Part shown: piece by piece, positions 13,186 to 25,229 of the stretch
Numbering within the stretch: position 1 is the first letter of the stretch
Layout of the letters: each line of letters begins with the position of its first letter
DNA from: Phoronis australis
Taxonomy: Eukaryota; Animalia; Phoronida
Length of the DNA stretch: 64,000 bases
NCBI GenBank assembly: GCA_002633005.1
Contig: NMRA01000298.1
Location: 233,887 to 297,886 of the forward strand
Direction of reading: 5' to 3'
Made by a program: the position numbers and the translations under genes
Notes under the pieces: model-generated
Seen by the model: only the letters and a program-made list of their open reading frames with translations
The model's database searches: none
What the model was told of the DNA's origin: nothing

Positions 13186-13312
13186 GTTCTCCCGTAATCT
13201 ACATGTAGAGTCCTTGTGGCTTTGTAGAATTATCGCCTTCGGGGCTAATGCCTCTAGGGCGATAATTCTCCAAAACCCACTCGGGCTCTTTATGTAGATG
13301 ACGGGGGATAAC
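13186..13312. repeat. ~127-bp imperfect palindrome (mini-MITE)
   Basis: cccgtaatctacat...agaattatcgcc versus ggcgataattct...atgtagatgacggg. Confidence 0.65.
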
Positions 13313-13369
13313 GCCATGTGTATGTATATGAATTACCATTAAAGGCAGGGATCATACAAACTTCTGTCA

Positions 13370-13900
13370 ATATGTAGAGCTGAGTGCATGAAAAAGTCTG
13401 GTTGTCAACCGACACTCACCTTGCCCGTTACAGCCGTTTAAGTAAAAAACATAACAAACTTCATTTTCTTGCTTACTTCTCCGCCTTTTGTTACAGATAA
13501 AAATATGTCGTCGCAGTAAACAGTACGCTCGTGACAAGCGCACTCGCCATTTTTTAAAAGTTTGCTACATCTCTTGTGCGGTGATGATAGCTCCGCAGCA
13601 GCAAAATTTGTTCTGAAATTCTGTTTGCTGATATCAAATTCTAATAACTTATTATGAAGTGAAACGAGCTCCGATAATTTGTTATGACGTGTACATGTAC
13701 GCAATCTTGTGAAAGAAGAACAGTTGATTGAAGAATTGGGAGAAAAAAAATGGCGTATTGGTAGCATAATAACGACAGAACACAAATTAACATCGGTAAA
13801 TAATGTAGCTTACTTAAGGAATAGTGCAGTTTTTAATGACACTAATTTTATGACAGATTTTTTCTGTTCAAAGGCCCATATCCATGCAAAGCCGTATGTT
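13370..13900 (-). mobile_element. Same family, partial inverted copy
   Basis: gtcaaccgacactcaccttgcccgttacagccgtttaagt is the reverse complement of the family core; boundaries approximate. Confidence 0.6.
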
Positions 13901-16900
13901 CAGTGTACGCATTTGCGCCAAGTCTATCGTCGCGGGGGACGTTGTATTCTGTAAGCGCCTCCTATAGTGGATTAAAAGGACAGCGGAGTTTGAACCTGAC
14001 ACTTGTGCAGCCCATAGTACGTCAAACTCTTATTCTACGCAAAAACACATTCATTTTTCAAAGAAAACGTATTTTTTCAAAGTTTAAATGTCAAATCCTG
14101 ACTCTGTTTTAAGCCTCCGAAGGTGAAGTTGCACTAGTGACGTACATGACAAGGTCACGTGTCGTTATTTTTCCCTATGTGACAGCTATTTAGCAATAGC
14201 GGAGTAAATTCAATTCGCCGATAATGGAAACCAGACCAGGTCAGAATCAATAAGAGGCTTTATGTTTAATGGGAAACTAGTTATTGAACGTGTAAACAGC
14301 ATAATTACACGATTTTTGTTGTGAAATTAGCAACGAATTGTTTCTCCACATCAAATATTTAGTCGGCTGAGGCAACACTTCGCGGATTTTTTTGGACAGG
14401 TTATTTTTCTACTGCCATGTTGAGAAATTTGGACTGCGAACGAATGGAGGGAGTTTGCACTCAGGCTTTTTTATCTTTGTACCTTTCACAAAGTTGGTGA
14501 CTATCATATAGCAACTGGTTAGTCATAAGAAGCCGTAGGTTTAAATTTTGCATCGACAACAAGTCTTGTAACAGATTCTTTGCACCCGAAACTGTAAAAT
14601 TTTGTACCGTAGAGCTCTAGATCTATAAGCCCTATGTAGGAATCTGGGGTGGTACGGCTTTGGTTCGCATTGTTACATGCACCTCCAGCGCATTTCAATG
14701 GCGGTCGAGAAAAATGGTGACGGAATACACAGCTAACTCAATTTTGGTACCTGAAATTTGCGAATATTTTACGCAGCAGGTAAGAACATAATCTAAACAT
14801 TTTCTCAATGAACTAAAAATCTTTTAGCGATTAAAATTGGAAAGAATTTTTTGTGACTTGTAACTTATTAATATGACCTGGATTTATAAAATCCAACTTG
14901 GGATTTAAGCTAGGTCGCAAATTGCTACCTGGCGATTTCCATAGCGTCGAACGCTCAACATGCAAATTGTATTCTGAATATCACTAGCTCTACTCAAATA
15001 AGCACAGTGATAATGATTATAATGAGAAGAAGCCCGTGTTCAATACTCACGATACAACTGTACTTCCGATGTGTCCGTTGCCTGTACCGCCCACTACCAC
15101 CACAGATGAAAGTTGTAGGCTGCTCGGGCAGTCACTGCTGTCACAAGCCACGACTGTTATCAGTCAAACACGACAGGCTATGTATTAACTGAAGACCGCT
15201 TCATTGTATATTCGATTCACTATTCATCCGAACGGATGACAGTACGTGTACCTATATTCTATGTGCTGCCGGTCCAGCTGCTGCAATATGAGAGAAAATG
15301 AACTTTCGACTATTAGGTCCAATACGGACGCTAAGATTTCTCAATTTAATTCGTTTAGGAAAACATAGTTTAAGTAACTTACATTGTAAAAAAATTGATC
15401 ACCAGCAGGTGTCGGTATTTTACAATCACAATTTTAATTCATATTAATCCAATGGTCTATTTGCCGTCACTTTGAAGTCATAGCCAGATTGTTTCGAAAC
15501 ACGGGCGCAATTTTAGTAGCGTCCAATTTGCGTGTCTCGTAGTTTCTGCTTCTAAGTAAATACAACTTCAAGCTCCGTATCACTGGGTTTTTATGGAATG
15601 CATGTACAAAAGCAGTTCACACATGTCTTTGCCTCATCCACAGTGCAGCAACTCATGCAAACACGGCGAGATAGAGATGAAACACTTTTACTTAGAATGA
15701 GGTGAATACACGCATTAACGAAAGTACTTCTGTGATTATATAGAAGACCTAAATTTTCTGACCATTATCAAAAAGGCCCCGCAAAAGAAATCATTCAACA
15801 AGAATTTTGCAAAACATTCATTCCCTGAAATATTTGTCCGGAAAAGAAAGTAAACCAAAAGACAAAACAATGTCGCGCTGGTCACTGAGAAGTTGGAGTA
15901 ATTTGCCTGCGCTGACGTCAAGGTCGTATAGGATCTCCTCGACAAACCCTGTTTCTCTGATTCCAGCCTGTGTAACCATCCATGCTGTCATGCTACCTGG
16001 TGATATGTATCTCAATAGACCCCCTAAAGTTCTTGCCCCGATATTATTGCGCATACCATCAACTGAGTAAAAAGGTATTTCAGTTATAGTAAAGTCTACC
16101 TTAATCTGTAACACGTGCAGCTTATACCCATAACATCACTGCATCGGTCGAAGGCAATAACCTGACAAATCCAAGTAATTACCGTGTTTATCGGGCCAGA
16201 TTGCAAGTAAAAAGCATGCTACATCTGTACAAGGAGAACTACATGAATGTTTGTCCACGTACTCTAACACTACTCTAATTCGTCCAATGTGTCTTGGAAA
16301 ACTTCCCTCGTCGCCAAGCTAAACTGGCGTCGGTAAACTCTGTTGCATTAAGTATGGTATTAATTACATTCCAACGATCAAATTTCTTTTTAAAATGAAA
16401 ACAAAAAGATTCCCAACAAAAATTAAATATCGGATATGTCTTCAGGTGAAATTTGTTTCAGTTTATACATAGTTTTACATTAAATTTATTGCAGTTGATA
16501 TTAAAATTTTAAAAACTAAGCGCATAGTCAATATGGAGAGAAGCTAAAGCAGCCTATTGCTGACGCAGTACATGTACATGTACATCACTAGTGAAACCTA
16601 GCGGAGCAAAAAGCTCCTGCGAGAACGTAACTTTCAAAAGAAAGATGGCGCTGCACAGTTGAGGCAGGTTGTCACTTAAGCGTTGGGATGTGGCACACTT
16701 GAAGAAAGTTTATAGGTTTGTATTGTAGGTGGGTTTAACGAATCTAGTTTACTCGTGCTTGCGAACACCTACCTGTATGACACTCCAAATAATAGTCTAA
16801 TTATGTACACAGGGAAAGAAAACGTTGGACGAAGAAAGAAAATTTCAGCGAAGTAGTCTTATCAAGTAGGTTGAGACTGTTTTATATTTTTGAACTTTGG

Positions 16901-19900
16901 AAAAGTGCTTTCACTCAGACTTTTTGCATTTATAATAAATTTGGTGCACACTTAAAGCAGCATTAAACTCGCCTTTCATCGGAAAGACCAACGTTTGAAA
17001 TTGGTTTTAAACTGTTTTTAGTAAAATTAAATATGATTCCGGGGTTTCAAAAGAGTTGATAATTAGTGATGATCTATCTGCAATGAGATGCCGCAGAAAT
17101 CGCTTAGAATTTGATTCCATAGTTTATACCCATCTGTTGCTGATTGGGTTACGGGAGCAAAAATGAGCATTCGTTCATAGCGATATCAAAGATAACAAAC
17201 TTGCATCATTGTTTTCATTAAAGTTTAACTTTTATGTAGAAGGCATTTAAGGTACAATTATTTGATAGCTTAAACAAAGCAGAATCGTTAAGAACATGTT
17301 TTAAAGGTATTTAGAAAACCATATTCAGAAATCACATGATCTCAAAAGTTTATTTGAATTCTTATTTGACATTGCTGAGATATCAGATGATAACCCGGTG
17401 TTACCAATATTTTTGACATTTTCCTAGGATTACTCGGGACCTAAATCTCCACTGAAATAGCAATTTTCGAAGAAAGTATCAACATTCAACAGTTGCACTT
17501 ACTTCCGCCGGTGTCGTCATTTGAGTGCAAGTGAGCGTCAGTAGCACCTAAGGTGCCAGGGCTTGTACAGGTGTGGCCGTCGAACAGGACCGTGTAGCGC
17601 AGGGCCCCGTGGCCGTGCAAGTAGATATTGGCCAGGAACAGAATTCTTATGGCCGTGGCCGGCTGCTCTTTTGTAGTGGTAGAATGTCTAAAATTAATAG
17701 CTTATTGGTGTTATTCACGGTACAGCTTTAAAGTGTTCTAAGATTGACAGAGGTGTCACGCCAATCATTTCTGGTGAAAGAAATGAGCCACGTAAATACG
17801 AATCTTACATTGTGACAGTTTCGGTAGTAGCCTGAGTCTGAGCCAGCTTATTTAATGATTTTATATTACACAGATTCGATGCGATAGGAATCAAGAGAAA
17901 TTACAAATGAAAATACACTCCTTTTATTCATATAGTGATTAATTCTTCTTCCATGCTTGTGTCAGAAGATATTTTTATAAATGACCTGCGTCGAAGTTGA
18001 CGTGTGTGACTCTTAGGTGAATTTGCTTTCGCCCGAAATGACCTATTTTGTACATGCGCTCTCTAACTGAATGGATATCCAAATGGTAGCAACATGGGGC
18101 ATCTTATTTTTTATACGAGAGCGCGTCTGTTGATTTGTGTAACTAACGTGAACGTTTTTGTTTTGTTTACGGAACATAATACGCGGGATCAGATGAGGAC
18201 TGTTTTACCAAACAAGTAATGGCAGTGAGATCTATTTGGAGGTCACGTTTAATACATGCAAGTGTGACTGTACGTTTACTGAAAATATTTGTAAAATAGA
18301 AGTAGCTGAACATTTTCTAAAGTTGATAAATTTTGTAAACGATTATTCGGAGGACGTTTATCTTCCATAATATTTTATATTCTACAATTTAAGCATATAC
18401 ACCTGTATCACTGATGAGATGGGATACTGTATGTGTTCTGTTTGCCAAATAAAGATGTCTAAATGCTTTGGTAGTTGAACATGTACATAATCATGACCAT
18501 TGTCTTTTCCGCTTACACCAGTCCACGTGAACTACTGGATACTGAATCGAGATAATTTCGGGCAGGTTCCCAAGAAGGCAAAATGCAATCCATTGCTCAA
18601 TGTCAATATATTTAATAGGACACAAAAAGGCCAAATATCCAAACAGCTTACCATTTCTTGATCTGTTGAGAATTTAGTTGTCATGTTCGTGAGGCATGTG
18701 TACAAGTGAGTTGAGACCACTTCATTTTTTTCTAACATACATTTTAAATTCAACTCGGTGCAAACTTTTCCTTAGCAACAAAAAGTCTCCAATTTTGACG
18801 ATGGAATAAGGCACATACCTCATAACGAGGTAATAAAATGCTTCCCTCAGAGTGGGCCCGAAAATGGCCCTCAATTTCAGAGTCCGATCTAAGAAACCAC
18901 AAGCAAATTTCGGCATATCTACCTACATGCGGCCACCTACATGTATGTGTTGAATGAAGAAAATTATGTAGCAATGACAATAACACTGCAAAAAATCAGT
19001 AGCACGAATAAATGGCATCCCTAAGTCAGACCATCTATTGAACTTGAACAAGAGCGTTGTCTGGACTATACATATACCTCGGACTGTGCCAGTTTTGGTC
19101 AAAGCAGAAAAGCGGCAGTCATGACTGGCCCTCTCTACCAGGAAGGAAATTATCAAAATTTTGGACACTCGGATCTCTTCGGCTACCGGCCTTTACGATA
19201 GTAGTTTTGTCTCTTGGCTACTTCGACCACACTGGACACCTCGGCCTCGTGTTTAGTCTAATATGAGATTGGTTGGCGACGAAGCACCCTTTCAGCCATT
19301 GGGGGCAAAAATCCCTTGCAGGCACATTCAAAAAGATAGGTAAAAACAGTTTAAAATATGGTTTCCCATTTCTCAGTCGTCTTTTTGGAGTAGAAATGAG
19401 GCACAGGATATTGTTATGGAAAACGCAGTGGCACCTAACGACGTCACCATTACAACCAAAGCCATTGTGATTGCGCATGACTATACGATGTATAGTTACA
19501 CTGTATTTGACACTAAGCGCTACTGCAAACGGTAACATGCAAGCTGATCCGTCGTCTTCACAGCATAGCTCATAGCTCAACACGGTTTACCAGCACATAA
19601 AACGTACCCATGATGTAAATTGTAGATCATTTTTTTCTTTCCTGGCTTTATTAAATCGTATTTCACTTGATGGATTGGTAAGTCCCCTCCGTCTTACATT
19701 CTTTCATGGTATAACAGGGTACGTTCATGAGAGATAGTTCATTGACCACTAAAGCCATATTGTTGTTTGAGTGCCCTACACTAAGCAACTAGAATTCAAA
19801 ATGTAGCTTGTTAGGTAAAATTAAGGATTATGACTTTTAAGCCAGGTAGTAGTCAATGCCATCCGACATGCTAATGATATTGACGAAGAATAAAAACTTA

Positions 19901-20110
19901 AATGATGACAACGTCCGAGTCCCCACTTGAATCTGGATATCTTTTGAAATGTCTGGTGCTTGGATTTATTAACTCTTGTATGTAATACACTGATAACAAC
20001 CTTTGTAATTCACGATTTCTCACTTGGACAATTTCCCAATCGCGGTCGTTATCTTGATCAGAGGTGGCTGAACACCACAGTTGAGTATGGTTCATCTTAA
20101 TACACTCACT

Positions 20111-20948
20111 CATAGGTGGATTTAGGGGGGCCCAGCCCCCCCCCCCNGGGGGGGGGGGGCTCAGATCAAAATTCAGTTCGGAACACGGCGCAATCGTAAC
20201 GGAACTATGGCAAAGTATAGACTCCCGCGACATGTCGGGAGACCGGCAGTGGCGCTGCGCACTACGACTGCGTTTCCGTCGTCTGCTTCACTTTTAAATG
20301 AAGAAATTTACTTCATTTTTTAAAGAAAATAGAATATGAGTGACCATGAAAAACAGAAGCTATTGGTAAGATGTGAATTTTAACCGAAGCTGTTGTGAAT
20401 CACTCAGAAACTCATAATTCTCTCTTTGTCAAACCTTAACTTAAGACGAGTTCCAAAGCAATTGCGTCATTCATTAATGCCAATACAAAAATGGATTTGG
20501 TCTTTTGGGCATTTGAAGACTATTTTAAATACAACATTTTTTATACGAACTGGTTGCACAAAATATAAACAAGTAATATTACAAAAAGAAGTAGGTTTCG
20601 CCCGCATACTCTGTGGACCATAAATAAGTAAAGTCTCTTAGTATCAAATTACAAGTGAAGTCCTGGTGGTGCAGTGGTAAAGCACACGCGCTCTATACGT
20701 CAGGTCTGGAGTTCGAGATTGTGTTGAATGCAGTTTTTCGAGTTTGACACGTTCTCCGTATTTTTTTGTTGTTTTTTTGGAAAATACTTCAAGAATCAAG
20801 GGAAACGCTTGATTTTAAGAGAAAAAACAGAAATTCCCCCTCCCTACCTCCCCCCAATCGGTGCTATGCGCATCTACAATGTTGCTTTGCGCAAATGTTT
20901 ACAGACAAAATGTTGGCCCCCCTTTTTGATATTCTAGATCCGCCAGTG
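20111..20948. mobile_element. TIR element inserted in the FN2 exon of pseudogene B
   Basis: Ends CATAGGTGGATTTAG and CTAGATCCGCCAGTG; flanks tcact/ccact; the FN2 coding sequence continues on both sides. Confidence 0.75.
20660..20730 (+). repeat. tRNA-derived (SINE-head-like) fragment
   Basis: A-box-like TGGTGCAGTGG and B-box-like GTTCGAG; acceptor stem not intact. Confidence 0.45.
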
Positions 20949-23900
20949 CCACTGTACGTCACGGCCTTGTAAACGAACGGAAACGTGCACGGTGATCCAT
21001 CGAGAATACCGACATAAGTTGGCAGGTTAGTTTCTGGGAATTAAATGTTTTAGAAACATTATACATGTAAGCAAGAGTACGTGGACGCTTTAGTATTTAT
21101 GTATCAGGCGTCATACACATACTTCCAGTGAAATTCGTTGTCAAGGTTTAGCAGTCAACTTGGCCAAATACATTTTAGTCAATGGCCTGTAATAACATTA
21201 ATTCACAATCAATTAATTAATAAAAATGATTGGAGTGTCTGTAATTACGAATGGCTATTGAAACGCTCTTCGCGGTCCACGAAGCGAATGTTTGATTCAG
21301 ACCAACAAAAGTTACATGAACATTTAGCACGAACATCATTATGACGTATTGGACCCAATTTGACGACATGTCTATTCTTATTTCCACCTCCAAATAGCGA
21401 CATCTACTGCCATTACACGTGCTCCTTACTCTGACAAGAAGTGATTTCTGGGCTTGAAAACAATTGTCCGTTTGTTTTTCTTTGAAATAATTTTTGGCGG
21501 ACAAATTGACACCCCGTAACACTCGAAGTTTACAACCTAATCTTAAGAAGTAACGATCCGATAATTCTTTAAAAACCCTGAAATCACACTCATTTGACTA
21601 AGGGATAATTTGAGACCAGTTTCATAACGGAAAGTAGTCTACACCAAAACTCAAGCTCTGTAAATTCCGTTACCACTCAAAAGTTTCGAAAAAGTTTAAG
21701 AACTTACGATTTTTTACTAACCACAAATTCAAGCTGTACTTGCATTTGGCTTTGTCAAAGCAAAGACCGAATTAAACCTTATATTTTCATCAAATCGGAC
21801 TTCTGTGATACAGGTGATCTACCGTTGAGGGATTCGATTTCTGTTACAAACAACACTATCAATTTATTCAATGAATGTGAAATCATATTTGATCTTGAAG
21901 AAATTAACAGTTCTTTGTTTTTGGCTTCGACAGCATTTGGATATTACATTATTGTGGTTTACAATAAAGAGCGGTATATGGCTACACAGACTTGTGAGGC
22001 TTTGATAGAAAGTGTACAAGAATTGCCGTGGCCAGGTTTTGGTGCATACAAGACATGTCTATGCCGGTCTTATGTTCACTTTTAAATTCATATTGAAAAT
22101 TGTTGTTAAATAATATGCACAAATCCCTAAAATTCCTTGTTCCTTGATTGAAATAACATTCTAACCCCATATAGTTCTCACTGTGTTTTTTATGTGACTT
22201 GTTAAAAGACTGTCTTTAAGACAAAAATGACTTTTTTAACAACTTAATATAGCTATAAACATCTTCTCGTTTCAAAGGGGGACCTAAACCTCTGCAATTC
22301 ATTGAGGAAATGCTAATCGTTGTGTTGCAATAGGTACTGAAATTACCTGCAATTGCGATGCGCTGAAACAAAGAGGAGCCATAAGAACTGCCTGAGGCAA
22401 CGGAGACCACTAGGTATGACGGTGAGTACAGTTACACACAAACTGAAACTGGGGATTAACAAGCACATGTATAAGTAAAACTACAAAGTGAATCCAAGTC
22501 AAAACGGCAAAAGGTGCGCAGCGTAGTGTACTCACTAAAAACCTATAGCATGGCTCCATGTCATCGGTCCATAAGAATACAAGTCATGTACCTATCACTC
22601 ACAAGAGTTAATCACTTACAGACAGGGGATCACCACTCATCAGTTATAGTTACTGAATGTGCCAGTTGGCCTGTTAACAGGGTACGTATTGAGTACGTAC
22701 TCTGAGAGTACGCCCGTGACAACCGAATGTACATTCTGTAGTGTGTGGAGATACGCACTCCAGTGATACTCAACAATACGATTTAATGACAAGAAATGAT
22801 TAAACTTGATTCATAAAAAGTCACCGGGAAAGTTCTTGTACCTTATGTAGTACATGTAGCTAACAAGCAATATTTTTCACTGTCACTGGAACAGTCCATC
22901 AATTCCTCTATGACCCATGACAGCGTTTTTCCGTTCAGTGACTTTACCAGACGTAGGGGGTTGTGAGCGTGTGATTACATCTAGCTTCTTTATTAACTGC
23001 CAAGCACAATCTTTTGTCTGTTATGACAAATTATCTTCCAGGCTTATTTCACACCACGACTGAACTCCGTCAAACCCAGAGTGAATTCTTGGTACATTCG
23101 AAAAGAATAGATTATCTTAACTTCGGTTGCAGTTGGAAGATTTTGGAGATTCAAAAGCTAAACATGATCACTATTTGAAGAGGATTTCAAAAATGCTATT
23201 GGTTCATGTTCAAATATGCTATAACTTAACTTTTATTTTTAACAGCACAGCCCAGTAAGGTTAGATACGATCTTATTGAAGATTAGAGCAATTATCGAAC
23301 AAAAGAGAGCTGGCCAACCAACCATGAATGCTAGAATGGAGTTTATCAGTCGTGTAAAATATTGGCTACAGGGGTAAACTTCCAAACTTGTTGTTGGGCT
23401 ATAGACTCGAACAAGTTGGGAGCAACGGGAGAACGCCGTAATGCAGTTTGTCGCTATTCGGCGAAGGTTTCATTTTCAAACCTGTTGCAGCCATGAGTCA
23501 CTGGAACAGAACGTTGCTAAGCACAATGCTGTCCTTAGAGAAATCTTCACTCACACAGAAGTTTGTGCCTTTCAACACAAACCGAGCACACCAAACAGTC
23601 TCAATTTGCTTGTATAAATCGAACTTTGCTGTAATGGGCACAAAATTTGCGAAATACCCATTTTCGGAACTGAACGAGGGACTTCTCGAAGGAAAAAGCT
23701 TGATAAAGGGAGTATTTCGTCAAGTTGGAAAGAATTAAATACATCGAATGCCACTTAAGGCCGGTGTCTCTCCATGCGTAGAAGCGCAGAAGTATATATA
23801 TCAACGTGATTGATGTTTTAGTCATAATTTTCTGAACAGATTGCGTCTCTACTGGCCGGCAAATTACTGCGTCGTGAATGGTACACCAGATTTATTCACT

Positions 23901-24901
23901 TTCCTTTCAATTATCTGTTAAACTTTTGTCACACTAACAACCACTGGTCAAGGAGTTCTTCATTTTTCTTGGATAGGTCATAGGCATTATCGGTGGTGCT
24001 GATTGTCATAATTCTAGTCTGCCTGGCCACCGTGTGACTTTGGAAAAGAGGATAAAGGTCTGACCAATTAGAGTAAATGAAATTACCGTCTCGCCATCTT
24101 AATCGAAGTCAAACAGGTGAAATCTTCCTACGTAAGCGAAAAGCTACCTATAATTAAATTAACCAATGAAATCCGTTTGAAACAAATTTTAATGTAAATT
24201 TCGTTCCGAGATGTAAATTCTGTTTTCAAAAGCGGTATTTCCTGGTTTTCTGATTTTCTAACGTTGATGTACATTGAAAGTAAATCTTTTAGCGTTTTTG
24301 GTTTCAAAACAAAGCGTCATACTCCAACTTTTACACGTACGTTTCATAATGAAATAACAAAAAATTCGAGATTACCAACACCACTATTGAGCAACATGCA
24401 TTTCAGTTTTAAATGTGCCTCATGAGAATGTGCAAAATACCGCGATTACTGTCATTGGAATAAGGTTATGTTGTTTGAGATTAGTGAAATATGTTAAGTT
24501 CATGTGAGGAATCTGAGACAAACTCAGAATTGCAGTTTGGATTAAGCCTCGACTAATCACTTGGCTTGGGGTTTCCTATTGTTAATGTGATGATTTTATG
24601 AATTTTTATGTCGCATGTTGTTATTTAATGCCAAAAAAACAAAAAGGTGAGGTAAAATAACCATTTTCAAATATATTATTTTGTTTTTTGAAAATGAAAA
24701 TTGTAGTAAATGTCGTAAAATGTGACTGCTTTTCAGCTTTTTGGCTGTGTCGAACGCCATTAATTTCCGCATATTGCCGGCAATTAATACAGTGATTACA
24801 TGAGAAAACTAAGAATGAGACAAATCGAGAAGGAGTAAGCGTAAGGCAACGAGAAATTTGTAAAACACCATTCACGCCGCCAAAAAGTATGTCAACACAG
24901 C

Positions 24902-24907
24902 TTTATT
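24902..24907 (-). terminator. Probable polyadenylation signal AATAAA of copy C
   Basis: About 180 nt after the stop; also present at the homologous position of copy B (9301-9306). Confidence 0.5.
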
Positions 24908-25083
24908 AAAGTAAAGCGATTTGGTATAAATTCTTAACAATCCGTATACATTTCCAGTCACCAGGGGGCGAGAAAGACGGAATCTCATAACTCCCACTGT
25001 GAGGGGTGGATGCATACATCATGTTTATCCCTAAGGTCAATGTCAGTTGAGCAATTGCGCTACTTGCTCAAACTGCACGTGCG

Positions 25084-25229
25084 TTAGTTCACGGTGAAGA
25101 CTTCGTTGACCACCAGACGACAGCTGGTATCCCAGCACGTGTAGGCCTCGTTGTAGCTGTGACCAGGACACGTCTGCACGTAAAGTCTTATGTTATAGCT
25201 TCCTGCTGGAAGACTGCAGAACCCGCCAA
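25084..25229 (-). CDS. Copy C exon 12 (terminal), end of CTHRC1 domain 3
   Basis: (F)GGFCSLPAGSYNIRLYVQTCPGHSYNEAYTCWDTSCRLVVNEVFTVN-TAA; not in the ORF track. Confidence 0.85.

Larger units (their letters stand above)
9466..21033 (-). pseudogene. Copy B: degenerate paralog, exons 6-12 only
   Basis: Remnants: FN2 exon 21033-20024 (split by an insertion, 1-nt deletion); 18569-18487 (acceptor AG lost, TAG stop); 17687-17503 (indels); 16062-15907 (GC donor); 15153-15051 (103 vs 107 nt); 11850-11625 (several stops); 9611-9466 (TGG>TGA at 9514-9516). Confidence 0.88.

Noticed and set aside
20130-20160. C-run/G-run hairpin with an N (similar Ns near 29468 and 43161)
   Set aside because: Homopolymer tracts with ambiguous bases; lengths are unreliable and probably reflect sequencing uncertainty.
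20660-20730. Functional tRNA gene
   Set aside because: Only A/B-box-like motifs are visible, the cloverleaf cannot be completed, and it lies inside a transposon.
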